Assembly (NCBI GenBank): GCA_963743255.1
Contig: CAVUPD010000001.1
Coordinates: 122,854 to 186,853 of the forward strand
Reading direction: 5' to 3'
DNA: 64,000 nt
DNA from: an uncultured Chloroflexia bacterium
GTDB taxonomy: Bacteria; Chloroflexota; Anaerolineae; Anaerolineales; E44-bin32
Made by a program: the position numbers and the translations under genes. Below are positions 1 to 10,458 of the stretch, piece after piece. How positions within the stretch are numbered: position 1 is the first letter of the stretch; the number at the start of each line of letters is the position of its first letter. Below the pieces are notes generated by a model, which was given only the letters and a program-made list of their open reading frames with translations, did not search any database and was not told the origin of the DNA.

Positions 1-434
1 TCGGCGGGGGGAATGATGATCTGGCTGCCGACGCCGATACTATTCGGGTTGGCGGCGATCTCGGGGTTGTAGGCCAACAACTGGTCGACGGTGATGCCGA
101 ATTTCTCAGCGATGCTGGACAGCGTGTCGCCCAACTCGACGATGTAGGTCACAGGCCCGGACGGCGTCGGAGTCTCCGACGGCGGGGGCGTGAGTGTGAT
201 CGTCGACGTGAGCGTGGGCGGAAGCGGTGTGTTGGTCAGCGTTGGGGTGGGCGTGTCGGTTGAAAGGAAGGGCAGGCTGGGAATCCCGCCTCCCGTCAGC
301 CAGATCACAACCAGGAACAGGCCGACGACCAGCAGGACGACAGCCAAACCGCCCATGAGCAGCGGGACCATGCGACCGCGTCGCCGGCGATAGGCGTCGA
401 TCACATCGGCCGCGCGATGTTCAGACTCGGACAT
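1..434 (-). CDS. LysM domain membrane protein (C-terminus runs off the window edge)
   Basis: Own minus-strand translation from ATG 434-432. It reads MSESEHRAADVIDAYRRRRGRMVPLLMGGLAVVLLVVGLFLVVIW (TM helix), then a Thr/Pro-rich linker, then YIVELGDTLSSIAEKFGITVDQLLAYNPEI...IGVGSQIIIP, a LysM motif. Absent from the ORF track because no stop lies inside the window. Confidence 0.75.
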   Translation of the reverse strand, partial: MSESEHRAADVIDAYRRRRGRMVPLLMGGLAVVLLVVGLFLVVIWLTGGGIPSLPFLSTDTPTPTLTNTPLPPTLTSTITLTPPPSETPTPSGPVTYIVELGDTLSSIAEKFGITVDQLLAYNPEIAANPNSIGVGSQIIIPPA

Positions 435-510
435 GGTGGCGTCTCCCCTCACCGAGCCGGGGTGACCCCCGGCCCTCTGGCGGAATCAGTATACTCGAAA
501 CTACCGGCCA

Positions 511-1429
511 TCAGGGCCGCGGCCAGTCGGCGATCAAGTAGGCGATCATCGGCTTGAGCGCCGGTGCCCAACTCGCATCGTCGTGACCTCCCGCATACAC
601 GACGTACTCGTGCGGCACATCCAGCCCCTGCAGCAACAGGGCGAAATCCTGCGTGGCTTCCCTGGCCCAATCGCCATCCCCGGCGAGCAGGTAGATCCTC
701 GGCGGCAGGGGTTCGCCCCGTCGAACAATGTAGATCGGGTCGTACTCCTTGCGCGCCGAGTTGAGCTGCAGGGCAGGGCTGATGGCTGCCACCGCACTGA
801 AGACGTCCGGGTTGTTCAATCCGATCTCAAGCGACCACACACCGCCGCGCGAGATCCCGGCGATCGCCCGCCGATCGGGACGCGGGTCGGTGTGGTAGGT
901 CAGGTCGATGAACGACACCAGCCCTTCCGTCAGTTCCGCCTCATAGGAGTACGGCCCCCCGTCGGTGGAGCGGAAGAGCGGGTCGGGAACGCGCGGCATC
1001 ACGACCAGGAACGGCGGCCACTCGCCGCTCATCACCGCTCCGGCGACCAGCAAGTCGAGGCCCAGCGCTCCCCACTCGGTTTCGTCGTACGGAGAGCCGT
1101 GGAGCAGATACAGCGTCGGGAAGGCCTGGGCGCTTTCATCGTGACACGGCGGCACGTAGACGCGCACCGGGACCTGCTCGTCCAGCAGCAGGCTCGGGTA
1201 GGTGATTGAATTCCACCCGGCCCGGCTGCGCCCCACAATCGCTCGTAGGGGTCGGCACAGGAGTCGGCACCTCGGTGGGGAGCGGGCTGGCACTCGGTTC
1301 TGGCGCAAGGGTAGGCGTGCGCGCCATCGGCGTCGCGCTGACACCGCACCCGGACTGGGCGATCGTCAGCAGGCAGACGAGGGCGGCGAGGGCGCGCCTC
1401 GCTGGAAGGGAGATCGGGAGTGGTTTCAT
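511..1429 (-). CDS. esterase-family alpha/beta hydrolase lipoprotein, one apparent frameshift near 1210
   Basis: Track ORF 511..1344 has the esterase core (LYLLHGSPYDETEW; GISRG nucleophile elbow). The lipoprotein signal MKPLPISLPARRALAALVCLLTIAQSGC lies in another frame (ORF 1136..1483, ATG at 1429-1427). The two parts join only after correcting one indel near 1205-1215. Confidence 0.7.
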
Positions 1430-1523
1430 GCCGGTCAGGCGCCCCGGCCCGCATACAGCCCGCCGGGAGCGAATGCCAATCATACAACACGCTGCCAGGG
1501 ACTGAATCCGGAGTTCCTCCGGT

Positions 1524-1529
1524 TATAAT
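1524..1529 (+). promoter_or_regulatory. candidate -10 box TATAAT, 8 nt upstream of the miaB ATG (possible leaderless transcript)
   Basis: A perfect TATAAT stands out in GC-rich sequence. There is no Shine-Dalgarno motif between it and ATG 1538. Confidence 0.4.
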
Positions 1530-1537
1530 CCCGGCCG

Positions 1538-2875
1538 ATGAACTACCTGGTGTGGACCGCCGGCTGTCAGATGAACGTGGCCGACTCACAGCGCGTGGCC
1601 TCGGCGCTCGAGCGCCTCGGCTACGCTGTCACGGACTCCCCCGAGCAGGCGGACGTGATCGTCCTGAACACGTGCGTCGTGCGGCAGAGCGCCGAGGATA
1701 AGGCCTACGGCTGGCTGACTTCCTTACGCCCGCTCAAGTCCCGCCGCCCTGAGATGGTCATCAATCTGATGGGCTGCCTGGTGGGCGTTAGGGGCGATCC
1801 GGCGCTGCAGCGCGCCTTCCCGCATGTGGACGTGTTCTCGCCGCCCTCAGATCCCGGTCCGCTGATTGAACACCTCCGGCAGGCCGACGGGCGTGCGGCG
1901 CTCGAGGCCTCGGTTCAGCGGCGCAACGATCTGCTGGATGAAGAGTGGTCGCTGCCTGTGGCACAACGCGGCCGGCAAATCGCCGCGCACGTCCCGGTCG
2001 TCCTGGGATGTTCGCACGCATGCACGTTTTGCGTGATCCCCTTGCGGCGCGGGGTCGAGCGCAGCCGTCCGCTGGAAGCGATCGAGGCCGAAGTGCAGAC
2101 GCTCGCGGCCCAGGGCGTCCGCGAGGTCACGCTCCTCGGCCAGATCGTCGATCGCTACGGCAAGGACTTGCCGGGGAGCCCGACACTCGCCGACCTGCTG
2201 CGCCGCGTCCACGGCGTGGACGGGATCGATCGGCTGCGCTTCCTGACCTCTCATCCCAACTGGATGACGGACGAACTGCTTGACGCGGTGGCATCGCTGC
2301 CCAAGGCCTGCGAGCACTTTGAGGTGCCGGTGCAGGCCGGGGATGATCAGGTGCTGGAGCGTATGAAACGTGGCTATCGCGTCGAGGACTACCGGCGGCT
2401 GGTGGAGCGCATTCGGGCGCGTTTCCCGGGCGCCTCGATCGCCACCGACATCATCGTCGGTTTTCCGGGCGAGACCGAGGCGCAGTTCCACAGGACGGCC
2501 GAACTGCTGGCTGACCTACGGCTGGATGTTGCCCACCTGGCGCGGTTCTCCCCACGACCCGGGACAGTGGCCGCCCGCCGGATGAGCGACGACGTGCCGG
2601 ACGAGGAGAAGGAACGCCGTTTCCGACTCCTCGAAGAGCTGCAATCGCGGATCGCGGCCGAGATTAACCGCGGCCTGCTCGGGCAGACGGTGGAAGTCCT
2701 GGTGGAGGAGCAGCACCGCGGCCGGTGGAAGGGCCGCACGCGCACCAACCGCCTGGTCTTCTTCGAGTCGCCGGAGGAGTGCAGCGGTCGGCGCGTCCCG
2801 GTTCGGATCGAGTGGACCGGCCCGTGGAGCCTGATCGGGGCGCCGGTCCTCCACGCCCAGCCTGCCGCGCCGTGA
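1538..2875 (+). CDS. miaB: tRNA-i6A37 methylthiotransferase MiaB (radical SAM)
   Basis: 445-aa ORF. The N-terminal UPF0004 domain reads VWTAGCQMNVADS...LNTCVVR, the radical-SAM cluster motif is CSHACTFC, and a C-terminal TRAM-like region follows. Confidence 0.93.
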   Translation: MNYLVWTAGCQMNVADSQRVASALERLGYAVTDSPEQADVIVLNTCVVRQSAEDKAYGWLTSLRPLKSRRPEMVINLMGCLVGVRGDPALQRAFPHVDVFSPPSDPGPLIEHLRQADGRAALEASVQRRNDLLDEEWSLPVAQRGRQIAAHVPVVLGCSHACTFCVIPLRRGVERSRPLEAIEAEVQTLAAQGVREVTLLGQIVDRYGKDLPGSPTLADLLRRVHGVDGIDRLRFLTSHPNWMTDELLDAVASLPKACEHFEVPVQAGDDQVLERMKRGYRVEDYRRLVERIRARFPGASIATDIIVGFPGETEAQFHRTAELLADLRLDVAHLARFSPRPGTVAARRMSDDVPDEEKERRFRLLEELQSRIAAEINRGLLGQTVEVLVEEQHRGRWKGRTRTNRLVFFESPEECSGRRVPVRIEWTGPWSLIGAPVLHAQPAAP

Positions 2876-3070
2876 CCTTCGACGGTGCGCGTCGCCTCGG
2901 CGTCGGTGTGCCGGCCGGGAACCTTCCGCCGGCGGCCGCCGTCCTGAAGTGGTGAGCCGAATCCGCCTAGGGGCGGGGACGCTTGACGCCCTGCGCCCAA
3001 GGCTGTAGCATGACCCTCGGCTGGCGGCAGGCTCTTAGGTCCGTGCCACCAGCGGAGAAGGAGAGAGAAC

Positions 3071-4105
3071 ATGCAAACTCCGACGCCCAGGTCCAACAGC
3101 GGCCCCCTGATCTTCGTCGCCATCGTGGGTGGCGGCGCCGTGCTTCTTCTGCTCGTCCTCGGGGCGTTCCTGCTCCTGCGGTCGCCGGCCGGCCCGAGCC
3201 CGGAGGAACTGCTGGCAACGGGCGCGGCGCAAACCGTCGCCGCCCAGCTGACGCAGGTCGCCATCCAGCAGACGATCGCGCCCCCGCCGCCGACCAATAC
3301 GTCCGGTCCGCCGACCGATACACCGCCGCCTCCGGCGACCGTCACCCCCACGCTTCCACCGATCACGTCGACGCCGGCGTGCACCGATCTGGCGGCGTTC
3401 GTGTCTGACGTGACGATCCCGGATAACACTTACATGCCGCCGTCGCAGGCCTTCACCAAGACCTGGCGGCTGAAGAACGCCGGCACGTGCACGTGGACGA
3501 CGGGTTACGCGCTGGTCTTCGACAGCGGCAACATCATGGGCGGCCCGACGTCGCAGAACCTGGCCGGCAACGTCCCGCCGGGTGCCAACGTCGACGTCTC
3601 CGTCAGCCTGGTCGCCCCGGGCGGCAACGGCACCCACCGCGGCAACTGGAAACTGCGCAACGACCGCGGTACGATCTTCGGCCTGGGCGGCGGCGGCCCG
3701 TTCTACCTGCAGATCATCGTCGGCCCGACGCCGACCTCCGGCCCGACGGTATACAAGACGGCGCAGTTCTACGTCCGGCAGACATACTACGGCGATCTCG
3801 ACGGCGGCACCGAAACGAGCACGGGGGCGGACTTCTGGTTCCACGCCGTCTCGGCCGTCGAAAAGTACATCGAGCCACAGAACGGGGCGAAGATGCTCAA
3901 GATGGGCGGGGTGCCGGACTACGACGCCTGCAAGGCCGCCGCTTTGAGCACCAGCGCCATAAACCTGAACACTTTCCCGGCCGGCAGCTGGATGTGCTAC
4001 AAGACCAACGACGGCCGCTACGGGCGGTTCACGCTGGACAGTTACAGCGATGTCGGCGGGACCAACGCGATGAACCTCGACATGCGCACGTGGAATAGCC
4101 CGTAG
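3071..4105 (+). CDS. membrane-anchored protein with NBR1-like (Ig-like) domain
   Basis: RBS AAGGAGAG lies upstream. It has an N-terminal TM helix (LIFVAIVGGGAVLLLLVLGAFLLL) and a Pro/Thr linker. The domain reads CTDLAAFVSDVTIPDNT...FTKTWRLKNAGTCTWTTGYALVF...HRGNWKLRN, typical of bacterial NBR1/FW-like domains. Function is unknown. Confidence 0.7.
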   Translation: MQTPTPRSNSGPLIFVAIVGGGAVLLLLVLGAFLLLRSPAGPSPEELLATGAAQTVAAQLTQVAIQQTIAPPPPTNTSGPPTDTPPPPATVTPTLPPITSTPACTDLAAFVSDVTIPDNTYMPPSQAFTKTWRLKNAGTCTWTTGYALVFDSGNIMGGPTSQNLAGNVPPGANVDVSVSLVAPGGNGTHRGNWKLRNDRGTIFGLGGGGPFYLQIIVGPTPTSGPTVYKTAQFYVRQTYYGDLDGGTETSTGADFWFHAVSAVEKYIEPQNGAKMLKMGGVPDYDACKAAALSTSAINLNTFPAGSWMCYKTNDGRYGRFTLDSYSDVGGTNAMNLDMRTWNSP

Positions 4106-4135
4106 CCCGGAACACGCCGTCACCGGCAGAACAGC

Positions 4136-4177
4136 CTCCCCGGCCCGCCGCCCACACGGCCGCGGGCCGGGGAGTTT
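4136..4177 (+). terminator. intrinsic terminator-like hairpin after 3071..4105
   Basis: 13-bp perfect stem CTCCCCGGCCCGC (4136-4148) / GCGGGCCGGGGAG (4162-4174), followed by TTTG. Confidence 0.55.
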
Positions 4178-4199
4178 GCATCCGGGCGATGATCCGCGC

Positions 4200-5246
4200 A
4201 TGCGGTTCTGGATGAACTCTCTCGTCAGAATCTCCATCCGCCACTTGCTCGTCGCGCTGGTGCTACCTGCTTTAGCCGCCTGCAATTACGCGGGTTGGCA
4301 GGTCTCCCGCCGACCCGCGCCCGTCGAGAGCCCAACGTCTCCCCCACTCGCCACGCTGCCCACACCGCAAGCCTCGGACTGTATTGAAGAGTTGACCGTC
4401 TTGAGCGAGTCGGGATACCCGGACGCTTCGCCCGCCAGCGCGGGAGCGATCGTGGAGCGCGTCTGGCACGTGCGCAACTCCGGCACCTGTGCCTGGACGA
4501 CCGCGTACACCCTCGTCCCCGTCGAAGGCGTCTCGTTCGGTCTGGACGCGATCGCGCTTGCCGATCCGGTCGCGCCGGGGGGGCAGACCGACCTGCACCT
4601 GATGCTCACCGCCCCGGACGACCCCGGCCTGCACGCTGGAGGCTGGGCGCTCCGGTCGCCCAGTGGGGCACTGCTCGGCGCCGGCAGCCGCCCGCTGCGC
4701 GTGCGCATCAACGTCGGACCCGTGCCGACCCAGCCGAGCACGGAGATCTACAACTTCGCCGAGCAGATGTGCAGCGCCGGCTGGGTGGCTGCATCACCCT
4801 CGCGCCCTGGGCGGCTGCTCCCATGCCCCGGATACGATCGCGATTCGGGAGGATCGGTGACGCGCCTGGAGGCGCCGCGCTTCTCCAATGGCGCGCTGGA
4901 CGACGAACCGGCGCTGATCCTGCACCCGCCGTTCGAGGACGGCGGGCTGATCAGCGGGACCTTCCCTGCCACCAACGTGCAGGCCGGCGATCAATTCCGC
5001 GTCATTCTGGGGTGCAGCGCTGATGCACCCGGGTGTTCCGCCCGGTTTCAGTTGAACGTGCGGGAGGGCGAGTTGCTCTCCCCCGTGGCCGAATGGCTCG
5101 TCAACGAGGACCAGGCGCCGCGCAACCTGGTGGTCGATCTCTCGTTTCTGGCCGGGCGGACGGTCGAGTTCGTGCTCGGTGTCGACGCCGACGGGTCGGG
5201 CGCTGCCGACGCCGCCCTCTGGCTCCAGCCGCGGCTCGTGCGTTGA
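4200..5246 (+). CDS. lipoprotein with NBR1-like domain (paralogue of the preceding gene's domain)
   Basis: Signal plus lipobox LLVALVLPALAAC. The domain reads VERVWHVRNSGTCAWTTAYTLVPV...HAGGWALRSPSG, with the same C-x-W-T pattern as 3071..4105. The start (4176, 4200 or 4212) is uncertain. Confidence 0.7.
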   Translation: MRFWMNSLVRISIRHLLVALVLPALAACNYAGWQVSRRPAPVESPTSPPLATLPTPQASDCIEELTVLSESGYPDASPASAGAIVERVWHVRNSGTCAWTTAYTLVPVEGVSFGLDAIALADPVAPGGQTDLHLMLTAPDDPGLHAGGWALRSPSGALLGAGSRPLRVRINVGPVPTQPSTEIYNFAEQMCSAGWVAASPSRPGRLLPCPGYDRDSGGSVTRLEAPRFSNGALDDEPALILHPPFEDGGLISGTFPATNVQAGDQFRVILGCSADAPGCSARFQLNVREGELLSPVAEWLVNEDQAPRNLVVDLSFLAGRTVEFVLGVDADGSGAADAALWLQPRLVR

Positions 5247-5294
5247 GCGGCACGAGCGTATTCTGATCTCAACCGACTGATCGCAGGTTCGCCG

Positions 5295-5927
5295 ATGGCA
5301 CCGTCCTTCCTCGAGGGCTTGGTGGCAGGCTATGGGATCGCCATCCCGGTCGGCGCCGTGGCGATGCTGATCGTCAACACGGCGCTCGCCCGAGGCTTCG
5401 CCGCGGGTTTCATGGCCGGCGCCGGCGCCGCCACCGCCGACCTGCTGTACGCAGCCCTGGCAGCATTCGCCGGCGTGGCGCTCTCGAACGCACTCGCCCC
5501 TCATGCCGAGACGACGCGCCTGATCGGTGGGTCCGCGCTGGTGGCGCTGGGGGTATGGGGAATCTGGAGGAGCCTCCACGCGCCGCCGGTGCAGGACGCG
5601 CCGGTCGACGCGCGCCCACCGCTCCGGACCTACCTGAATTTCGTCGGCATCACCCTTCTCAACCCGATGACGATTGTGTACTTCTCGGCATTCATCCTCG
5701 GACGCGGCACGGGCATGAGCGGCACGCCGACCGCCGGCGCGGCGTTCGTGTTCGGTGCCGGATTGGCTTCCCTCTCGTGGCAGACTTTGCTCGCCGGGCT
5801 GGGCGGGCTGGCGCGCAAGCGCGTCACGCCGCGCTTCCGCGCCCTGGCCGTCCTCGCCGGCAATCTGCTCGTGTGCGCCCTGGGCCTGCGATTGCTGATC
5901 CTGGCGCTCGTGTCTTCCCTCTCCTAG
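5295..5927 (+). CDS. LysE/ArgO-family amino-acid exporter
   Basis: 210-aa polytopic membrane protein. The N-terminus FLEGLVAGYGIAIPVGAVAMLIV...AGAGAATADLLYA is typical of the LysE family. Confidence 0.8.
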   Translation: MAPSFLEGLVAGYGIAIPVGAVAMLIVNTALARGFAAGFMAGAGAATADLLYAALAAFAGVALSNALAPHAETTRLIGGSALVALGVWGIWRSLHAPPVQDAPVDARPPLRTYLNFVGITLLNPMTIVYFSAFILGRGTGMSGTPTAGAAFVFGAGLASLSWQTLLAGLGGLARKRVTPRFRALAVLAGNLLVCALGLRLLILALVSSLS

Positions 5928-6044
5928 CCGCAGACCGCGCCGGCGATTCCAACACCACACCCGACCTTCCGGGCCCCTCCTTCCCGCCCACGCGCAAGGC
6001 ACACGCTCCGCTTCACCCGCCGGTTCGCTCACCGTGCGCCGTCG

Positions 6045-7537
6045 GTGCGAGCGCCCGTTCGACGAACTGTGCTAAAGTTCGACCTCGTGACTCTCCCGGT
6101 GCTTGTAGTCGACCCCGATCCCGAGCTGGCGGCGCTGATCCGGCAGTCGCTGGAGAAAGACTACGCGTGCCGCGTTGGCCTGGCCGCCACATCGAGCGAG
6201 GCTCTTGCCGCCGCACGCGCCGAGGAGTATCGTCTGGCCATCGTCGACCTCGACCTGCCGGACCTGCGCGAGGCCGATCTCATCCGCAGGCTGCGCAGTC
6301 TGCAGCCGGAGATGCTGCTCCTGGCGCTCTCCGCCGATCCCGTGGCGTTGACCGCAGACCCTCTCGGCATCCACGCCTCCTTGCCCAAGCCCTTCTATCT
6401 GCCCGACTTGATGGCGAAGATCCAACAGATGCTCAGCGCTCTTCAGCTGTCTCCGGACGAGGCCGGCGTGCGATCCCCCGCCCCCAAGCACCGGCTGGGC
6501 AGTGCCGCCGAAGCCGCACGGCTAGTGGCGCGGGGGCGCGCGATTCGGGCGCCTATCTCGTCCTGTTGACGCACGACGGGCGGCGCTGGGTTCACGCCGG
6601 TCCGATGCCGCAGGCGGCCGTCGAGCAGGTGGTGGCCAAAATTCAGGCTTATGGCATCCGAACTGACACACCGGGGGCCGTGGCCCGCTTTCTCCGATTT
6701 CCCGGCGCCGTCGATGCCTTCCTTCTTTACTGCCTGGCCCTGGCGGACGATTACTTGCTCGCCATCTTGTATCCGGCCCGGGTCCCATTCGGTTCGGTTC
6801 GTCGGCAGGCGGAGCGCCTGGCCGAGATGCTCACCCAGCCGGCTCCCATTCCTATGCCCGTCGTCGCGGGTGCGCGGCCAACCCAGGCGTCCACCGCCAT
6901 TGAGGAGATCGTCCGTCTGCCTCATGACTGGATTCCGCAGTCCTCGGCGCGCTACAGCCTGCCGTTCCTGGAGCCACGTGCTGAAGTGATCGCCGCTCCC
7001 CTCCCCGCATCGGCTCCGCTGATGCTGCCGGGCGACTGGCTGCCCGAGGGCGGGACGCTGCCGGTCGTTCATTCGATCCTCGGTTCCGCGCCGGCCGAGG
7101 AACGGGAAAATCCCGCGCCCGCGCCTCGCCCATCGGTGGCCGTCGAGCGAACCCGCGTCTCGCTGGTCTACGTCCCGCGCGATCCGGAGCTCGCCCTGCA
7201 AGCATCCCTGGCGGCGACGCTGGTCAACTGGACGAAGGAGATCTGCCGGGTGTTGGATTTCCGGCCGGTGGACATCCACGTCCGGCCGGATGCACTGTGC
7301 CTGACGATCGAGCTTCCCCCCGGGACTTCGCCGCCGACGGCCGCCCACCGCATGCGCCAGGAGCTCAGCCGACGCATCTCCGAAACCTATCCCAGCCAGG
7401 CAGCCGCGGCCGCCTCTGGCCGCTTCTGGACCTCGCGCTACTTGCTGATGTCCGGTGAACCTCCCACCTCACAGCGCATCACCGAGTTCGTGCGAGAGAC
7501 ACGCGGCCCTAGCCGCGCCCAGCGCACTACGTCGTAG
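6045..7537 (+). CDS. response-regulator receiver fused to a middle domain and a degenerate IS200/IS605 TnpA-like (HUH-fold) C-terminal domain; one apparent frameshift near 6540
   Basis: The receiver occupies 6045..6569: VLVVDPDPE, acceptor IVDLDLPD, LPKPF. The continuation lies in the frame of track ORF 5555..7537 (AYLVLLTHDG...). The C-terminus VSLVYVPRDPE...PDALCLTIELPPGTSPPTAAHRMRQELS...FWTSRYLLMSGEPPTSQRITEFV aligns by eye to IS200 TnpA (YHIVFAPKYRR...ADHIHMLLEIPPKMSVSSFMGYLKGKSS...FWCRGYYVDTVGKNTAKIQDYI). The start codon is uncertain. Confidence 0.65.
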
Positions 7538-7555
7538 ACCCTCCGCCAGGTCGGG

Positions 7556-7564
7556 TGCTACAAT
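7556..7564 (+). promoter_or_regulatory. candidate extended -10 promoter TGCTACAAT upstream of polA
   Basis: A TGnTAnAAT match lies 35 nt before ATG 7599. That ATG has its own RBS, GGGAGGAGG. Confidence 0.35.
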
Positions 7565-7598
7565 CGCCTTCGCCCCCGCCGTGCGGGAGGAGGTTCCC

Positions 7599-10386
7599 AT
7601 GCCGGATGCCCCGCGCCTTTTCTTGATCGACGGCCACGCGCTTGCCTACCGCGCCTACTTCGCCCTCACGCGCGCCGGCGACGGGAGCCGCTGGATCACT
7701 AAAGCCGGGGAATCGACGGCCGGCACCTACGGCTTTGTGTCCGTCCTTCTGCGACTGCTCGAAAGCCAGGCGCCGGAGTATCTGGCCGTCTCGTTCGACA
7801 CCGGCCGCACCTTTCGCGACGACCTGTATCCCGAGTACAAAGCCACGCGCGACAAGATGCCGGACGACCTGCGCCTGCAGCTCGATCGTATCCGCCAGGT
7901 GGTGCTGGCGTTCGGAATCCCGATCCTGGAGGCGGAAGGATTCGAGGCGGATGATGTCCTAGGGACGGTTGCGCGGCGCGCCGCCGAGCAGGGCGTGCGC
8001 GTCGTCATCCTGAGCGGCGACCGGGATCTGCTCCAGCTCGTGGACGACTTCGATCCACGTCGAGCTGGCCGGTCAGAAGCTCTCGGAGGCAATCGACTAT
8101 GGGCCGCAGGCCGTCTTCGACAAGTTCGGCGTCTCGCCCGGCCAGCTGATCGACTACAAGGCGCTGGTCGGCGACACCAGCGACAACATTCCCGGCGTCA
8201 AGGGCATCGGCGAGAAGACCGCCGTCGGCCTGATCCAGCAATACGGATCGCTCGAGGCGATCTACCAAAACCTGGGCGAGGTGCCGGAACGGTTCCGCAC
8301 CAAGCTCGAGCAAGGCCGCGAGCAGGCCTATTTGAGCCGCCGGCTGGTGACCATCGAGCTCGAGGTCCCGATCGAGTTCGACCTGGAGGCCTGCCGCGCG
8401 CATGACTACGATCGGACGCGCGTCGTCGAATTGTTCCGCGAGCTTGAGTTCCGTTCGCTGCTGACGCGCATCGCTCCGGAAGCAGAAGGTCCGTCGCGCC
8501 AGATGACCCTCTTCGCCACCCCTGCCGCCCCAACCCAGCCCATGGGCACTTTCCACATCATCGACAACCTGGCGGCGCTCGAGTCGCTCTCCGCACGCCT
8601 GCGGGACGCGGCGGAGATCGCCGTCGATGTCGAGACCACGGGCACCGACGCCACCCGCGCCGACCTGGTGGGCATCTCGCTGGCCGTCAAGCCCGGCGAG
8701 GGCTACTACCTGCCCGTCGGCCACCTCCCCCATCTCGCTGGCGGGCCACAGCTGCCTCTCGACGCGGTGCTGGAAGCGCTGCGCGGGCCACTGACCGACG
8801 CCTCGAAGCCGAAGGTGGGACACAACCTCAAGTACGACCTGATGGTGATGGCTCGGCACGGGCTCGCCTTCACCCCTCTCGGCTTCGACACCTTGTTGGC
8901 CGAGTGGCTGTGCGATCCGTCCTCACACAGCCTGGGGCTGAAAGACCTGGCCTTCGTGCGCCTGGGGCTGGAGATGACGCACATCCAGCAGTTGATCGGC
9001 AGCGGCCGCGAGCAGCGCTCGATGGCCGAAGTTCCGATCGCCGACGTGGCGCCGTACGCCTCGGCGGATGCCGAAATCTGCCTGCGCCTCAAACCGCAGC
9101 TCGAGCTGGAGCTGGAGAGTAAGCAGCACGGCTCGCTGTTCCGCGATCTGGAGATGCCCCTGGTCTCCGTCCTGGCGGCGATGGAGACCGCCGGCATCGC
9201 CCTCGATTTGCCGTTCCTGCACGGGCTGTCGCACACGCTGGGCACGCGCATTCAGGAGCTGGAGGCCGAGATCACGCGCCAGGTGGGGCATCCTTTCAAC
9301 CTCAATTCCACCCAGCAGCTGGCGGCGGTGCTGTTCAGCGAACTCGGGCTGGCGCCCCCCGACCGGACGCGGCAAGACCAGCAGCGGGCACTTCTCCACC
9401 GCCGCCTCGGTGCTGGAGGAACTGCGCCACGCGCACCCGGTGGTCGACAAGATCCTCGAGCACCGTGAGCTGTCGAAGCTGCGTTCAACTTACACCGACG
9501 CGCTCCCGGCGCAGGTCAATCCACAGACCGGCCGCGTGCACACCTCGTTCTCGCAGACCGGCGCCGTGACCGGTCGCCTGGCGTCCTCGGATCCGAATCT
9601 GCAGAACATCCCCATCCGCACCGAGCTGGGCCGGCAGATCCGGCGCGCGCTTCATCGCCGCGCCCGGCCACCTGCTGCTCAGCGTCGATTACTCGCAGAT
9701 CGAGCTGCGCATCGTCGCCCATGTCTCGGAAGACCAGGCGATGATGCGCGCCTTCCACGAGGACCAAGACATCCATGCCGCCACCGCTGCCGCCGTCTTC
9801 GGGGTGCCGCAGGCGTCGGTCTCGCCGGAGATGCGCCGGCATGCCAAGGCCGTCAACTTCGGGTTGATCTACGGCATGAGCGCCTTCGGGCTGTCGCGCT
9901 CCACCGACCTGACGCTGGCCGAGGCCGAGACATTCGTCCGCGTGTACTTCGAGCGCTTCCCGGGCGTGCGGCGCTATCTGGACGAGACGCGGCGGCTGGC
10001 CGGCGAGCGGGGCTACGTCGAGACGCTGCTCGGCCGCCGGCGCTACTTCCCGCAGCTGATGAAGGGCGCGCAGGCGGTGCCGGATGCGGCCCGCAACCGG
10101 GCGGAACGCGAGGCGATCAACGCTCCGATCCAGGGGACGGCGGCCGACATCATCAAGCTGGCCATGATTCGTCTGCCTGAGGCGTTGGGCGCGGCGGGGC
10201 TGCGCGCCCGCATGCTGCTCCAGGTGCACGATGAACTGGTGTTCGATGTGCCCGAGGATCAGCTCGGCCCGTCCGTCCTGCTGGTGCAGCAGGTGATGCA
10301 GTCGCCGATGAGTTCTGCGCGTGCCGCTCAAGACCGACGCCAAGGTCGGAGTCAACTGGGCTGAGATGCAGCCGGTCGGGCGCTGA
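7599..10386 (+). CDS. polA: DNA polymerase I, four apparent frameshifts (near 8050, 9370, 9648, 10312)
   Basis: Pieces lie in track ORFs 7455..8405, 8281..9468, 9068..10180 and 9741..10364. Recognisable motifs are the 5'-nuclease [64 protein letters not shown] and QVHDELVF. The C-terminal [21 protein letters not shown] ends at TGA 10384-10386. Confidence 0.9.
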
Positions 10387-10418
10387 CCGGCGTCCCGGAC
10401 AGGCCGGGCATCGAATCA

Positions 10419-10427
10419 TGCTATACT
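10419..10427 (+). promoter_or_regulatory. candidate extended -10 promoter TGCTATACT upstream of the TPR gene
   Basis: TGnTATACT lies 31 nt upstream of ATG 10459. Confidence 0.35.
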
Positions 10428-10458
10428 CGCCGCATCCTCCCGCGGTGAACCGCGCGCC

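Noticed and set aside
5555-6540. 5' two-thirds of the 660-aa track ORF 5555..7537
   Set aside because: This part overlaps the LysE gene and the receiver domain in other frames and is Arg/Pro/Ala-rich nonsense. Only the region after ~6540 is real coding sequence, joined to the receiver by a frameshift.
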